Origin: Obrimoposthia wandeli
Lineage: Eukaryota
DNA length: 64,000 nucleotides
NCBI GenBank assembly: GCA_977020255.1
Contig: CDROCS010005920.1
Span: 1 to 64,000, forward strand
Direction: 5' to 3'
Position 1 is the stretch's first letter; each line of letters begins with the position of its first letter. The notes beneath the pieces were generated by a model. The model saw only the letters and a list, made by a program, of their open reading frames with translations. It did no database searches and had not been told where the DNA came from. Below, in pieces: positions 38,158 through 48,658 of the stretch. The translations under genes were made by a program, and so were the position numbers.

Positions 38158-38466
38158 ATGTCTAGCATCTTCAAAGCCGCTTTTATTTTTATCGCACCCG
38201 AAGCCGACCCCTCCCGCGATTGCTCTTGGGTGCGTACCGAAGAAGTACACGTAAAAACCATTGCGGTTTCAAGTTATAAACAAGCTTGCAAGCTAATTGA
38301 CTCATTAGTTAAAGAAGGTATTCAAGCCATTGAACTCTGTGGTGGGTTTGGCCATCAAGGGGTCGCAGATGTAGTAAAGGCAGCCAATTCGCGTTTGCAT
38401 GTGGGTGTTGTACGCTTTGACAAACATCCTTGTTTGGACTTTGCCAGCGGTGATGAGTTATTCTGA
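38158..38466 (+). CDS. DUF6506-like small protein
   Basis: KAAFIFIAPEADP, GIQAIELCGGFG, VGVVRFD.HP. Confidence 0.78.
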   Translation: MSSIFKAAFIFIAPEADPSRDCSWVRTEEVHVKTIAVSSYKQACKLIDSLVKEGIQAIELCGGFGHQGVADVVKAANSRLHVGVVRFDKHPCLDFASGDELF

Positions 38467-38544
38467 TCCACATATAAAACATCAACGGCACCACCTCTAA
38501 TACCGACATTATGATCGCAAGAGGTGGTAGGTAACATAGAAATC

Positions 38545-39342
38545 ATGTATACGCGACAAATCAAACCAGCACATCAATTGAGTCCATATATTGCCCATTT
38601 TTGGTTTTGGGAGCAAAACTATACCTTAGCACTCCCTGATATGTTACCTGGGACCGGGGTTGAGATGCTGTTCAACTTCGGAGATGCATTAACAATACAA
38701 ACCGATCAACAATCGCGACTTTTCTTTGGTGACGCTGTCGTGATCTGCCCACGAAAATCACGTATTCAGATCCAGCCAACGGGCGTAACAAAAACACTTT
38801 CAATACGTTTTCGCTCAGCTGGATTTTTCACCCTCTTTGGATTGCCCTTAACTGAACTATCAGATCAAATAATCCCGACAAGTCAATTATTACCCGCTAG
38901 TTTACTAACACACCTTGTCGAATCAAAAAGCGATATTACGAAGGTTACCTTGCTAGAACAATGGCTACTACAACAAATGGTTAAGATCAAAAATCAAGAT
39001 TCTGCACTACAATGGGCCATCGATAAGATTTATTACCAATATCACAATGACAGCATTAATGAAGTCAAAAAACAGTTAAAATGTAGTGAGAGAACATTTC
39101 AACGAAAATTCAAAATATTCACGGGAGTAGATGCAAAGTACTTTGAGCGAACCGCACGATTTCAATCGGCACTAAAAACGCTGTTAGCGGCTCATTCAAA
39201 CCAATATATAACAGTTGCACTCGATCATGGTTACTGTGATCAATCGCATTTTATTAAAGACTTTAAATATTATACTCAGGTGACACCAAGCGAATATCTG
39301 ACTGAAAGGAATTTTTATTTAAACTACTATACAACAACCTAA
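38545..39342 (+). CDS. AraC-family regulator
   Basis: P...L..YIAHFW N-domain; SERTFQRKF, GYCDQSHFIKDFK. Confidence 0.9.
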   Translation: MYTRQIKPAHQLSPYIAHFWFWEQNYTLALPDMLPGTGVEMLFNFGDALTIQTDQQSRLFFGDAVVICPRKSRIQIQPTGVTKTLSIRFRSAGFFTLFGLPLTELSDQIIPTSQLLPASLLTHLVESKSDITKVTLLEQWLLQQMVKIKNQDSALQWAIDKIYYQYHNDSINEVKKQLKCSERTFQRKFKIFTGVDAKYFERTARFQSALKTLLAAHSNQYITVALDHGYCDQSHFIKDFKYYTQVTPSEYLTERNFYLNYYTTT

Positions 39343-39420
39343 TTATTAAAACCAATAATCAAGCTATAAAGAGCTCTATCGCTAAGTTCTGAAGGCTGAT
39401 CTGCTTGGAAGCAGTTTTAA

Positions 39421-39487
39421 GCACTAGCAGCCTAATTGTATCTGGAAATCAATACGCTGTAATTATTAACAACTTTGCGACACAACC
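39421..39487 (+). mobile_element. IS6 right-end stub
   Basis: GCACTAGCAGCCTAATTGTATC...CTTTGCGACACAACC. Confidence 0.75.
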
Positions 39488-39622
39488 AGAAAACTCAAGA
39501 AGGAATATACACGCGATTTTTGTTCGTTGATTAAAATGTTATATTTCATCTCTGGTAAGATTTGTTATCTTCATTTTTTAGTGTAAATTGAGATTTAAAC
39601 TAAATAACTATATGAAATTAAA

Positions 39623-40297
39623 ATGAATAAAGAAGCCACAACTGCCGGACAAGCTGTTTACTCAAAAAAAGTACTTTCAATATACGATTTCTGGGTTTTG
39701 GGTGTGTCTAATCACTACCTTTGGAAATGTCCAACACGATTTATTAGTGAGTTATTTTCAAAACAAGTATCATCTAATCACTTAGATGTTGGTGTAGGAT
39801 CTGGTTATTATCTTAAGCATTTTTTACCTCAAACAACAAAGCGTATTGCTCTGTTAGATTTGAATAAAAATAGCCTTGACACGGCATCAAAAACAATTAG
39901 TCATTTTCAGCCAGAAGTTTATTGTGGAAATGTACTTGAGCCTCTTGAATTAAATATTCAAAAATTCGATTCTATTAGTGTTAACTATTTACTTCATTGT
40001 TTACCTGGAAATATAGCCGAAAAATGCGTTACATTTAAGCATTTAAAAAGTCATATGAATGATGGCGCAATATTGTTTGGTAGTACAATTTTGGGTAAAG
40101 GTACGACTCAAAACTTTTTCGCTAAAAAATTAATGGGTGTTTACAATAAGAAAGGGATATTTAGTAATCATAACGATGACCTTGATTCGCTGTTGATATC
40201 ATTAAACGAACATTTTACTGATGTAAGAGTGGAATTATTAGGGTGCGTAGCGTTATTCTCAGGTAAAAAATATAATCAGGTAACTAAAGGTCTTTAA
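39623..40297 (+). CDS. Class I SAM-dependent methyltransferase
   Basis: HLDVGVGSG motif I, LLDLN, FDSISVNYLLHCLPG. Confidence 0.88.
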   Translation: MNKEATTAGQAVYSKKVLSIYDFWVLGVSNHYLWKCPTRFISELFSKQVSSNHLDVGVGSGYYLKHFLPQTTKRIALLDLNKNSLDTASKTISHFQPEVYCGNVLEPLELNIQKFDSISVNYLLHCLPGNIAEKCVTFKHLKSHMNDGAILFGSTILGKGTTQNFFAKKLMGVYNKKGIFSNHNDDLDSLLISLNEHFTDVRVELLGCVALFSGKKYNQVTKGL

Positions 40298-40306
40298 CCC
40301 TCAGCC

Positions 40307-41094
40307 GGTTCTGTCGCAAACTGGTGCGGTAGGTTATGATCTTCGTCATTACTCACCACGTCGAATCCTATGACTATCAATTTTTCAAGCCGACATTTTC
40401 CGTCAGAGATAATCCTTCAGTTGGTTCGGTACTATCTCTCTTATAAATTGAGTTACCGTGAAATTGAAGAAACCTTTGCAGAACGAGGTATCAATGTTGA
40501 TCACTCAACATTGAATCGCTGGCTGATTCAATATGTGCCATTGCTAGAACATCGAGCTCGCCACGAAGAAACCAGTGCTTCTTCGTAGCGAATGAATGAG
40601 ACCTATATCAACGTCAAAGGTCAGTGAAATTATTACTACCGAGCCGTTGATAAATATGGTGATGTGATTGATTTTCTACTGCGTAATAAGCGAAATGAAA
40701 ATGCGGCTAGAGCCTTTTCCCAAAAGGCCATCGGCCAACACGGATTACCTAAAAAGGTGATGATTGACGGCAGCCATTCTAACACGTTAGCACTGCATCA
40801 TATCAATGTTGGGTTTTGGAATAACAGGCACATGCTGAGTCTAATTGAAATCCTTCCAATCAAGTATCTACACAATATTGTCGAGCAAAGCCACCGCAGA
40901 AATGAACCAGGCTCTAAATCTAACAAAGGAGCCAAGGCCACATTAGCTGGTATAGAACTGTGGTCGATGATGAGGAATGGGCAGCTCGACAACCCTGATG
41001 GTTTATCTCTTTGGGATGAATTTTACGCGCTAGCAGCCTAATTGCATCTAAAAATCAATACGCTTGTACTTCAGTAGAACTTTGCGACAGAGCC
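40307..41094 (+). mobile_element. IS6 type-B-like element, transposase disrupted
   Basis: Ends GGTTCTGTCGCAAA / TTTGCGACAGAGCC; internal stops. Confidence 0.9.
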
Positions 41095-41414
41095 CCTTGC
41101 CCGGTTATGCCGTGATGCTGAAAGGGTATGTGAATGTAGACCCGTATGAATGTATGTTGTGCCAAAGTCGGTTGGTTTTCAATCGGTATCGAGCCGGAAC
41201 GCCGCTCTCAGAATTGATGGCTTCGACCTTGGTGCTGGTGAGTATGATGGCCGGACCGAGATAGGTGTATTCAAATAACGGAGAAATGGCAATATGTATT
41301 TAATAATGCAGCATTGAATGGCGACGAAAGAAACGCGAGCAATCACAGAGGTAAAAAGAGTTTATTTGCGCCAGCCTATGTTGATGGTAGGAAATATTGA
41401 AATTCCTTACCATC
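41095..41414 (+). mobile_element. IS91-family 3' fragment with oriIS hairpin
   Basis: LPGYAVMLKG..DPYEC, homologous to 33465-33756; ends GATGGTAGGAAATATTGAAATTCCTTACCATC. Confidence 0.8.
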
Positions 41415-41552
41415 GAGGACAGATTATCGTAGATGAATCGTTGCCAGTTTGGGATCGCTTTTACGCAATCACTTTATAATCGTGTCTAAAATTCGGCACA
41501 CTTGCACTTAGCCAAAACTTTGCGACAGAACCGAATTTTTTGCAAAAACGCC
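41415..41552. mobile_element. IS6 3' remnant (to 41532) plus a 20-bp type-C IR stub (41533-41552)
   Basis: GQI..ESLPVWDRFY; CTTTGCGACAGAACC; GAATTTTTTGCAAAAACGCC. Confidence 0.65.
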
Positions 41553-41620
41553 AGATAATTTACTAATTCTCTTTCTCACCTATTTGTAATAAATTTGTTA
41601 AACAGCCAAACTGTATAAAT

Positions 41621-41691
41621 AGGTTGGCCATGATAACTGAACTCAGTGTTAATGAAATAATTAAGCATTATCTGAGCACTTCAACAACGCC
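41621..41691 (-). mobile_element. IS903-like left-end stub
   Basis: GCCATGATAACTGAACTCAGTG...TTATCTGAGC..TTCAACAACGCC matches 16770-16834. Confidence 0.75.
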
Positions 41692-41708
41692 ATTTAGCAT
41701 TATTGTAA

Positions 41709-42176
41709 TTAATGATTTTTAACGCCAATAAGAGCTTTTTCTAATAGAATAAGTAAGGTATTGTACTCATCAATACTTAAAGTACGCAAATAAGCAGCCT
41801 TTCTAACATTGGTCACTTCTTGAACGACATTGAATTTATCTAGACCTTCTGCCGTTATAACTAAATATACTTGACGACGATCCTCTTTATCTGTACGGCG
41901 TACTATATATTTTTTTTCTACTAAATCTTGAATTAACCGTGAAACTTGGCTTTTTCCACCAATCAAATTATGTTCCGTCACTAACTCAGATTGGTGTACC
42001 CCTCTCTCCAAGTCCTCTTGTGCTTTAGTTAATATCCAAGCCTGCTCAGAGTTAAAATTTAGCTCTGACACCTTAAATATAGCTTCGTATTTTTGCTTTG
42101 ATATCGTAGCAATTTGATAACAAAGCATACCGATGAGATTGTCTCGACCATGTTGGTCTAAAAGCTCAGTTATCAT
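41709..42176 (-). CDS. MarR-family regulator
   Basis: QSEL...KSQVSRLIQDL..K.YI.R..D..DRRQV...IT.EG. Confidence 0.9.
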   Translation of the reverse strand: MITELLDQHGRDNLIGMLCYQIATISKQKYEAIFKVSELNFNSEQAWILTKAQEDLERGVHQSELVTEHNLIGGKSQVSRLIQDLVEKKYIVRRTDKEDRRQVYLVITAEGLDKFNVVQEVTNVRKAAYLRTLSIDEYNTLLILLEKALIGVKNH

Positions 42177-42393
42177 TTTTTGATATATCCTACAATCATC
42201 TCAAAAGAAAAGATTTCATTTGGTATTATTCTAGCGGTATTTTTTTCAAACAGAATAATATGAGTCAAAAAAATAACGATAATGCAACCAAGATCACATT
42301 TTAATAAAAATGATAGGTATACTTTGAATTTCGCCTCTCTATATTATTAGGCTTTAGTGTTAGGTAATCAGTACATTTTGTTGTTGTTTTAAG

Positions 42394-43240
42394 GGGTCTG
42401 TTGAAAATTAATTAGATAAAGCAGATCTACTCAGTGATGGGTTCAATGATTACTGGTAAACAACCTCAACATTGAAGAGACGATTCATGAAGGCGGATCT
42501 CTCCCGCACCAGGGTTTTACATTCATCATGACGTAACCAACAATCAAACTGGCCTTTGTTCAACATCCGTAATGATTCGAATCCTTGAATAGTTGACCAG
42601 GCTCGTTTTCGTATTTTAAAACCACCGGTGGCTACAACAAGCTTCTTGATAGGGGCGTGATCAGACTCGATACCATTATTGAGGCACTTAACTTGCCCTG
42701 CTCGACATCCGCTCGCAGTCGTCCCTCCTTCTTTAAGCGGGCAATCGCATTGGCGTATGAGGAATGTTTGTCGGTGTTTAACGTTTTAGGCTGATTGTCT
42801 ACGTCGTAATATCTCAGGCAACGCCTAAGAAACTGATAAGTAGCTTCTTTATTATTACGCTTGTGAGAGAAATAGAAATCCAGCGTCTCGCCTTGTTTAT
42901 TGATAGCACGGTAAAGGTAGTACCATTTCCCCTTCACTTTGACGTAGGTTTCATCAAGCTGCCACGAAGAGTCTGTCCGGATGAATTGATGGCGACGTAG
43001 CTTCTTACGTAATACTGGGGCATATTCAATAAACCAACGAAAATGGTCGAGCGATTAACCGAAATCCCCCGCTCTGCCAGCATGTCGCTGAGGTTCACGT
43101 AGCTCATTGGCGAAGGCACCAAAGGATGATTTCAGGAGCAAAGTGTTTCCATTTGAATTCGGGGTTGGTCATTGAGTTGCTAGATTAGAGAGGGAAAAGA
43201 AGGGATTCTGGGCCTTGGTTAAATTTTTTGCAACATATAT
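42394..43240 (-). mobile_element. IS6 type-C copy, frameshifted
   Basis: High identity to 12530-13389. Confidence 0.9.
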
Positions 43241-43388
43241 GAACCAGTTTGAGCTGAAGCAGATTTTTTTGTAAAAATTCGAGTAAAAAGCTGTCGTTAT
43301 CATAACTTATCAAGTCACTTTACGACAAAACTTTAATAAAGGTATAATCTTTTGATATCTTCTTTTTTCAAAAGCAACTAGGTGTCAA

Positions 43389-43727
43389 ATGAAACTTATT
43401 GCCGTTACTGCTTGTATCAGTGGTGTTGCACACACATATATGGCCGCTGAGCAGCTGGAAAAGCTGTGCCGAAAAAAAGGTTTTCATATTAAGATTGAAA
43501 CTCAAGGAGCATTAGGCGTAGAGAATACTTTAAGCTGTGAGGATATTGACGCTGCAGTAATCGTCATCATTGCTGCTGATATCAACATAGAAGGTTTTGA
43601 GCGTTTCCAGCGTAATCGAATTATTAAACTATCGATAAAAACTCTCTTGAAAAATCCAAATGTCATTTTGTTTACCATTGATAAAATACGGAATGCTCCA
43701 CCGTCAACCGTTATTGAAATTACTTAA
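43389..43727 (+). CDS. frwD: PTS fructose-like EIIB, FrwD type
   Basis: AVTACISGVAHTYMAAEQLEKLC..IETQGALG.EN.L. Confidence 0.88.
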   Translation: MKLIAVTACISGVAHTYMAAEQLEKLCRKKGFHIKIETQGALGVENTLSCEDIDAAVIVIIAADINIEGFERFQRNRIIKLSIKTLLKNPNVILFTIDKIRNAPPSTVIEIT

Positions 43728-44582
43728 CTGGCTTCGATATTGAACCCGATATTCTGTCGGAGATCTACCTGTATTTAGACGGAAAATCCGACAAAAGTAA
43801 TTGCTATCACTAAATCCACAACGATGTGCTACTTCTTTTACTTTCATATCGTATCGCTGTAATAAATATTTGGCCCTTTCGAGGCGTGTTTGATTGAGGT
43901 ATGCATTGAAACGTATTTTCCCTTCTCGATGAAACAACTGCGATAAATAATTGGCTGATATATAAAATTGTGTAGCCACTAATTCTCTGGTTAATGGCTC
44001 TTGATAGTGTATCTTAATATACCCGCGAATTGCTTCGAATAACGTTTGACTACGCGAGAGGGTCTCTGGAGGGTGCTGAATAAGGTCTAGAGCATGACTC
44101 AGCAGCGCGCTGACAAGTAAACATGCAGTAAATTGATCTTCAGGATGCTTGGTGAGCTCTTCCAACGATCTAAGAATGAATGTTCCGATACGAGGGCCTC
44201 GTCGTTGAACACTCTCCTTACTTAGCACCTTGAAATTTTCGCCATCCCAGTGAAAAATACTGAATCCTAAGGTTTGTTTACCAAAAAGTAAGCTCAATAT
44301 CGTTGCGGGCTGCTGCCAATCAGCTTTATTCCAACTAAATGAAGGGAGAAACAACGCCTGTCCAAAAGTCAATTTTTCCGTATAGCTTTGTCCTTCACCG
44401 CCAATGTCCATAGGCACTACACCCTTGATGACTAATTCTAATCGGGGGAAATTGACCTGATAGGCTAACTCCGGTGGCTCTGATTGGTTTCCGGCAAAAA
44501 ACACTTGATTTAACTGAGTCGGATCATGAACGAAACGGTTCAACTCTTCATAAAGAAGTAGATCGTGAATTTTTGTAATCAT
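43704..44582 (-). CDS. yijO: AraC-family regulator YijO type
   Basis: YQVNFPRLELV, SLLFGKQ.LGFS, QRRGPR.G..I; convergent overlap with frwD as in E. coli. Confidence 0.88.
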   Translation of the reverse strand: MITKIHDLLLYEELNRFVHDPTQLNQVFFAGNQSEPPELAYQVNFPRLELVIKGVVPMDIGGEGQSYTEKLTFGQALFLPSFSWNKADWQQPATILSLLFGKQTLGFSIFHWDGENFKVLSKESVQRRGPRIGTFILRSLEELTKHPEDQFTACLLVSALLSHALDLIQHPPETLSRSQTLFEAIRGYIKIHYQEPLTRELVATQFYISANYLSQLFHREGKIRFNAYLNQTRLERAKYLLQRYDMKVKEVAHRCGFSDSNYFCRIFRLNTGRSPTEYRVQYRSQLSNFNNG

Positions 44583-44797
44583 TTGTTAGCCATTAGCACC
44601 TAAGTTTAACGTTAATTTTTTAACGGTTTAACTATAAATATTATAATATAGAAATTAATAAACCACAGTTAATGAGATCATCATTAGCATTCCAGCTTCT
44701 GAAAAATAAAGGGTCCATAATGTTTATCCTTCATTTTTCAGTGCACTCTGATCACATCAGAGCTGTATAACCACGGTCTGACGTGACACGATGCGCA

Positions 44798-45097
44798 TTA
44801 GCTGATTGTATAGTCCAATACAATAATATCTTCCAGAACAGGACGAAAGATAGACTTTAGCGCATCATGTTTTTGATGAGACAAATAGGATTGTCTACTA
44901 GCTTCGTCACGGAAGGTCATCAGCACGCAGTGTGTATAACCGCGATTTTTACCTTCAGGACTGTCATTTTCACCCAATTCAACGGTTTCGATACCCTCGA
45001 TAGCCTCTGGGAGAATAATAAAAGCGTCTTTTACAGCATCAATTTGTGATTGTGGCACATTGGATTTGAATTTAATTAGTAAAATATGTCGGATCAT
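44798..45097 (-). CDS. Dabb (stress-responsive A/B barrel) protein
   Basis: MIRHILLIKFK, GENDSPEGK..GYTH, YL.H..H, IIVLDY. Confidence 0.9.
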   Translation of the reverse strand: MIRHILLIKFKSNVPQSQIDAVKDAFIILPEAIEGIETVELGENDSPEGKNRGYTHCVLMTFRDEASRQSYLSHQKHDALKSIFRPVLEDIIVLDYTIS

Positions 45098-45248
45098 ATT
45101 GAATACTCTCTTTTTACATTTTGTGTAAACTAAATTTATACTCTTACTTCTGAAGAGTGTTGGGAATATTAACTTACCTTTCGAAGCTCAATGTGAATTG
45201 ATATAAATCTGCAAACCAAATAGTGAAAGGTAGCTAAATTTTTAGATA

Positions 45249-46013
45249 TTAAACGTCTAAAAGCCATTTTTGGGCTGGAGTCAACTTACTCTCAGTCGCA
45301 TGAGTTAACCACCTTTTCTGATCTTGCTGCTGGTGATCATTTCTATCAGCATACAACCCGTGTAATACACGCCGACGAGTTCCAGCTTTGTTTATAGTAC
45401 CACCATGCCAAGTATGAGCATTAAAAATCAAGACACTTCCTGCAGAGCATTCCCAAACCACTTCATTAGGATGAGCTTGATTAAGATCATCTAATACGTC
45501 TTCAGGGAGGTCTGGACAATTATGTGTTCCAGGAATAATTCGAGGTGAACCATTCTCTGCACTTAAATCATCAACAGCCCAAAGCGCATTGACTAAATGA
45601 ACTTTAGGAAAATCTGGACGCGGTTTTTTCCAATCACCATGAAGTGGTTGATGCCCTCCATCTGGGTGTGCTTCACGAGCATTTAAACTTGAGATCTTAA
45701 ACTCTCCTTGGAATATGTGCTTGCATACAGCTAGAACAAGTGGATGAGCCCATACTTTTTCCCATACCGTCCCTTTGTTAATTAAGTTAGCTATTCGTGT
45801 CACCTTCTCTTCTGTATGGTGCTCAATAGCCAATTTACTGCCTTCATTTTCAACTTGTTTATCAAAATTTCGGCGCATTTCACTTAGCCAATCAGGATCG
45901 ATAACATTTGGAACAACTACAAATCCATTAGTATCTAGTTCATCTATCATTTGTTGTGTTAGCGTCATGTCTGCTCCAAGTGCAGATAAATGTTGTTGAG
46001 CAAGTGCTGACAT
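45249..46013 (-). CDS. Phytanoyl-CoA dioxygenase-family Fe(II)/2OG enzyme
   Basis: GFVVV, QPLHGD (HxD), WAVDD...ENGS..IIPGTH, FNAHTWHGG..N. Confidence 0.88.
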   Translation of the reverse strand: MSALAQQHLSALGADMTLTQQMIDELDTNGFVVVPNVIDPDWLSEMRRNFDKQVENEGSKLAIEHHTEEKVTRIANLINKGTVWEKVWAHPLVLAVCKHIFQGEFKISSLNAREAHPDGGHQPLHGDWKKPRPDFPKVHLVNALWAVDDLSAENGSPRIIPGTHNCPDLPEDVLDDLNQAHPNEVVWECSAGSVLIFNAHTWHGGTINKAGTRRRVLHGLYADRNDHQQQDQKRWLTHATESKLTPAQKWLLDV

Positions 46014-46417
46014 AATATGTTCCCATTAGGTATGTTATTAGAGTGTGATAATACTTAATTAGAGCATCTATTAATGTAGGGGAAATGTTAGAATAACTGG
46101 ATATATGTTGACTTAGCGATAGAACGTGATCTCAATATTAAAGAGACTATTGACCTGAAAGTAAATTTTTCTTGCATCGGGTATGATGCTCATAACTACG
46201 TAACCAATAATCAAATTGAACTTTATTTATCATCGTAATAACTTGAATCGTTGACTATGTACATTTTTGTATCTTTAACCCACTAATAGTAATAGTGAAC
46301 TTCTTAATCAGCATTCAAGTGCTTCTCAGTGTTTAACGTGCCTACGTCGTAATGTTTCGACAACGTCTAGAAACTGAGAAGCGGCTTTCTGGCATAAAAA
46401 TAGAATTACAATGTTAT

Positions 46418-48304
46418 TTAAACAACAAAAGTAAATACTTTTTCATTCAATTTTATAGCTTGGTTACTTAGCACTTCTGCTTGACTACGAGCTGCAACAG
46501 CACCTTCTACAAGCTGATCTGTTACGTCTTTAATTGTGGTTGTATTTAATGTAATTTCACTTGTTACATGCGTTTGTTCTTCTGCTGCAGTAGCTATTTG
46601 TGTCGCCATATCACTAATTAAAGCCACTGAGTCGTTAATCTGCTCTAATGCTACTGTTGCTTGGTCTGCGTCGTCTACCGAACATTGCGCAAGCTGAGAG
46701 CTTGTTTCCATCAAGGCAACCGCTTTCGATGTTGTCTGTTGTAATGTCGCAATCATACTCTGAATTTCTTCAGTCGATGTATGAGTACGTTGAGATAACA
46801 CGCGTACTTCATCAGCCACAACAGCAAAACCTCGCCCTTGTTCACCCGCTCTTGCTGCTTCAATTGCAGCATTCAATGCCAATAAGTTTGTCTGTTCTGC
46901 AATACCTTGAATAGTAGATAAGATACTGTTGATGTTCTGAGCATGATCATTCAACTCACTAATCACAGTCGTTGCCTGATTCACTTCTTCTGCTAGATTG
47001 TTGATAGACACTCGGCTTTGTACAACTAACTCACGACCACTGTTTGTATACTCTGTCGAAACTTGTGCTGCACGCGCTGTTTGCTCTGCATGAGACGCAA
47101 TTTCTTGTGTAGCTGATGCCATTTCCGTTACCGCGGTGGCAACCATGCTGATTTCATCTTGCTGACGACTTAACTCATCAGCCGACTTATTCGCTCGGAA
47201 TTCACTTTCTGCCGAAGCCTGACTCAGCTCAACACCTTGGCTGCGAATATGACCAATAAGACCCTGTAAACTTGCTGTAAACTGGTTAAAATTACGGGCT
47301 AATTCACCGACCTCATCGTTAGAATCAATATTAATACGTTGAGTTAAATCACCACCGCCTTGTGCAATGACAGCCAGTGCTTTAGATACTTGCTGTAACG
47401 GTTTAAATAAATACACACAAAATAGGTTAAACAGAAACGCACAAATAACCACAACCAATAGCGTCATGAATATCTGTTCATATAATGAGCTGTAAAGAGG
47501 CGCGGCAACAGAATTATAATCAATAACAATAACTGTACTTAGACTTGTACCTTGAATTGGCTTAACAAACACATAGCTTTCATTACCTGTAATATTTTCT
47601 TTTTCAACTAGGCCTTCTCGCGCTAAACGTTTTAGCATTGAATAGGTTAAACCACGGTCTTGTGCACTAACAGATTGATTCAATAAAGACGTATCTGCGT
47701 GCGCAAAAAAATTACCTTCATCATTTACGATAAACATGTAGCCTTCACCAGGCAATACCACATCATCAAGTTGCTTGATGATATCTGACATTTCGACATC
47801 AGCACCTAGAACGGTCTGCTGCCCAAAAATAGAAATTGCTTTCCCCATAGAAACAACATTTGACCCTGTGGCCGCTGCAACGGTCGGATTTTCTATCGTC
47901 ACTTTACCATTAAGGTTAATCGCATTTTGATACCATTGCCATTGGCGAGGATCATTATCACCTGATGGTAAGATAACGTTATTTGCATTCACTTGTGTAC
48001 CATCAGAAAAAGCTAAAAAAACATTATCAAACCCTGCTGAATCGCGAACCTGCTGAAGATGTTGACCAAGCGTGTCTTGTGAAATATTCACAGGTATAGC
48101 GGAAAGTACTGTTCCTTTCGACTCTAACCAATTAGAAACATAATTATTGTACGAAGAAGCTGTACCATTAAGTTGCTTATTAATGTCACTATCTAAACGA
48201 CCTAGCGACGATAAAAAAGAAAAAGCAGTTACAAGTAAACCGCCGATAATGATTGCAATACTTGCAGAAAGAGCCAACTTTATTCTGAGTGTCATATTAA
48301 ACAT
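46418..48304 (-). CDS. Methyl-accepting chemotaxis protein (dCache-HAMP-MCP)
   Basis: 2 TM, YDPR.W.WY-like Cache motif (NDPRQWQWY), [34 protein letters not shown]. Confidence 0.95.
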   Translation of the reverse strand: MFNMTLRIKLALSASIAIIIGGLLVTAFSFLSSLGRLDSDINKQLNGTASSYNNYVSNWLESKGTVLSAIPVNISQDTLGQHLQQVRDSAGFDNVFLAFSDGTQVNANNVILPSGDNDPRQWQWYQNAINLNGKVTIENPTVAAATGSNVVSMGKAISIFGQQTVLGADVEMSDIIKQLDDVVLPGEGYMFIVNDEGNFFAHADTSLLNQSVSAQDRGLTYSMLKRLAREGLVEKENITGNESYVFVKPIQGTSLSTVIVIDYNSVAAPLYSSLYEQIFMTLLVVVICAFLFNLFCVYLFKPLQQVSKALAVIAQGGGDLTQRINIDSNDEVGELARNFNQFTASLQGLIGHIRSQGVELSQASAESEFRANKSADELSRQQDEISMVATAVTEMASATQEIASHAEQTARAAQVSTEYTNSGRELVVQSRVSINNLAEEVNQATTVISELNDHAQNINSILSTIQGIAEQTNLLALNAAIEAARAGEQGRGFAVVADEVRVLSQRTHTSTEEIQSMIATLQQTTSKAVALMETSSQLAQCSVDDADQATVALEQINDSVALISDMATQIATAAEEQTHVTSEITLNTTTIKDVTDQLVEGAVAARSQAEVLSNQAIKLNEKVFTFVV

Positions 48305-48600
48305 TGTATAACCTAATGATTTATAAAAGGCAGTGAATTGCCTAAAAATTTGCTAGTAAAAACTAGTGCATTATCTTCCGAGCATTTTATATAACGTTAT
48401 ATGGCGATTTATGATATATTTTTTTCATTACTGTGTCCGCTAGTATCAAGAAACACCTTCTTGTAATAGGTCGTTTCAAATATTAAAATAAGTTTTATAC
48501 TAGACTCAATTATTCATAATTAACATTACGATTATTTACCAATATTTATTACAGTACCATAGGATAGGCCTGCCACATCTCATTATTTTTAATAGCCACC

Positions 48601-48638
48601 TTTAATGGTAAAAAATATTTAAACCCCTTACCATTAAA
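48601..48638. terminator. Hairpin downstream of gldA, degenerate oriIS-like
   Basis: TTTAATGGTAA-N16-TTACCATTAAA, same arms as 15112. Confidence 0.5.
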
Positions 48639-48658
48639 TATATTTTTGAATGGATTTT

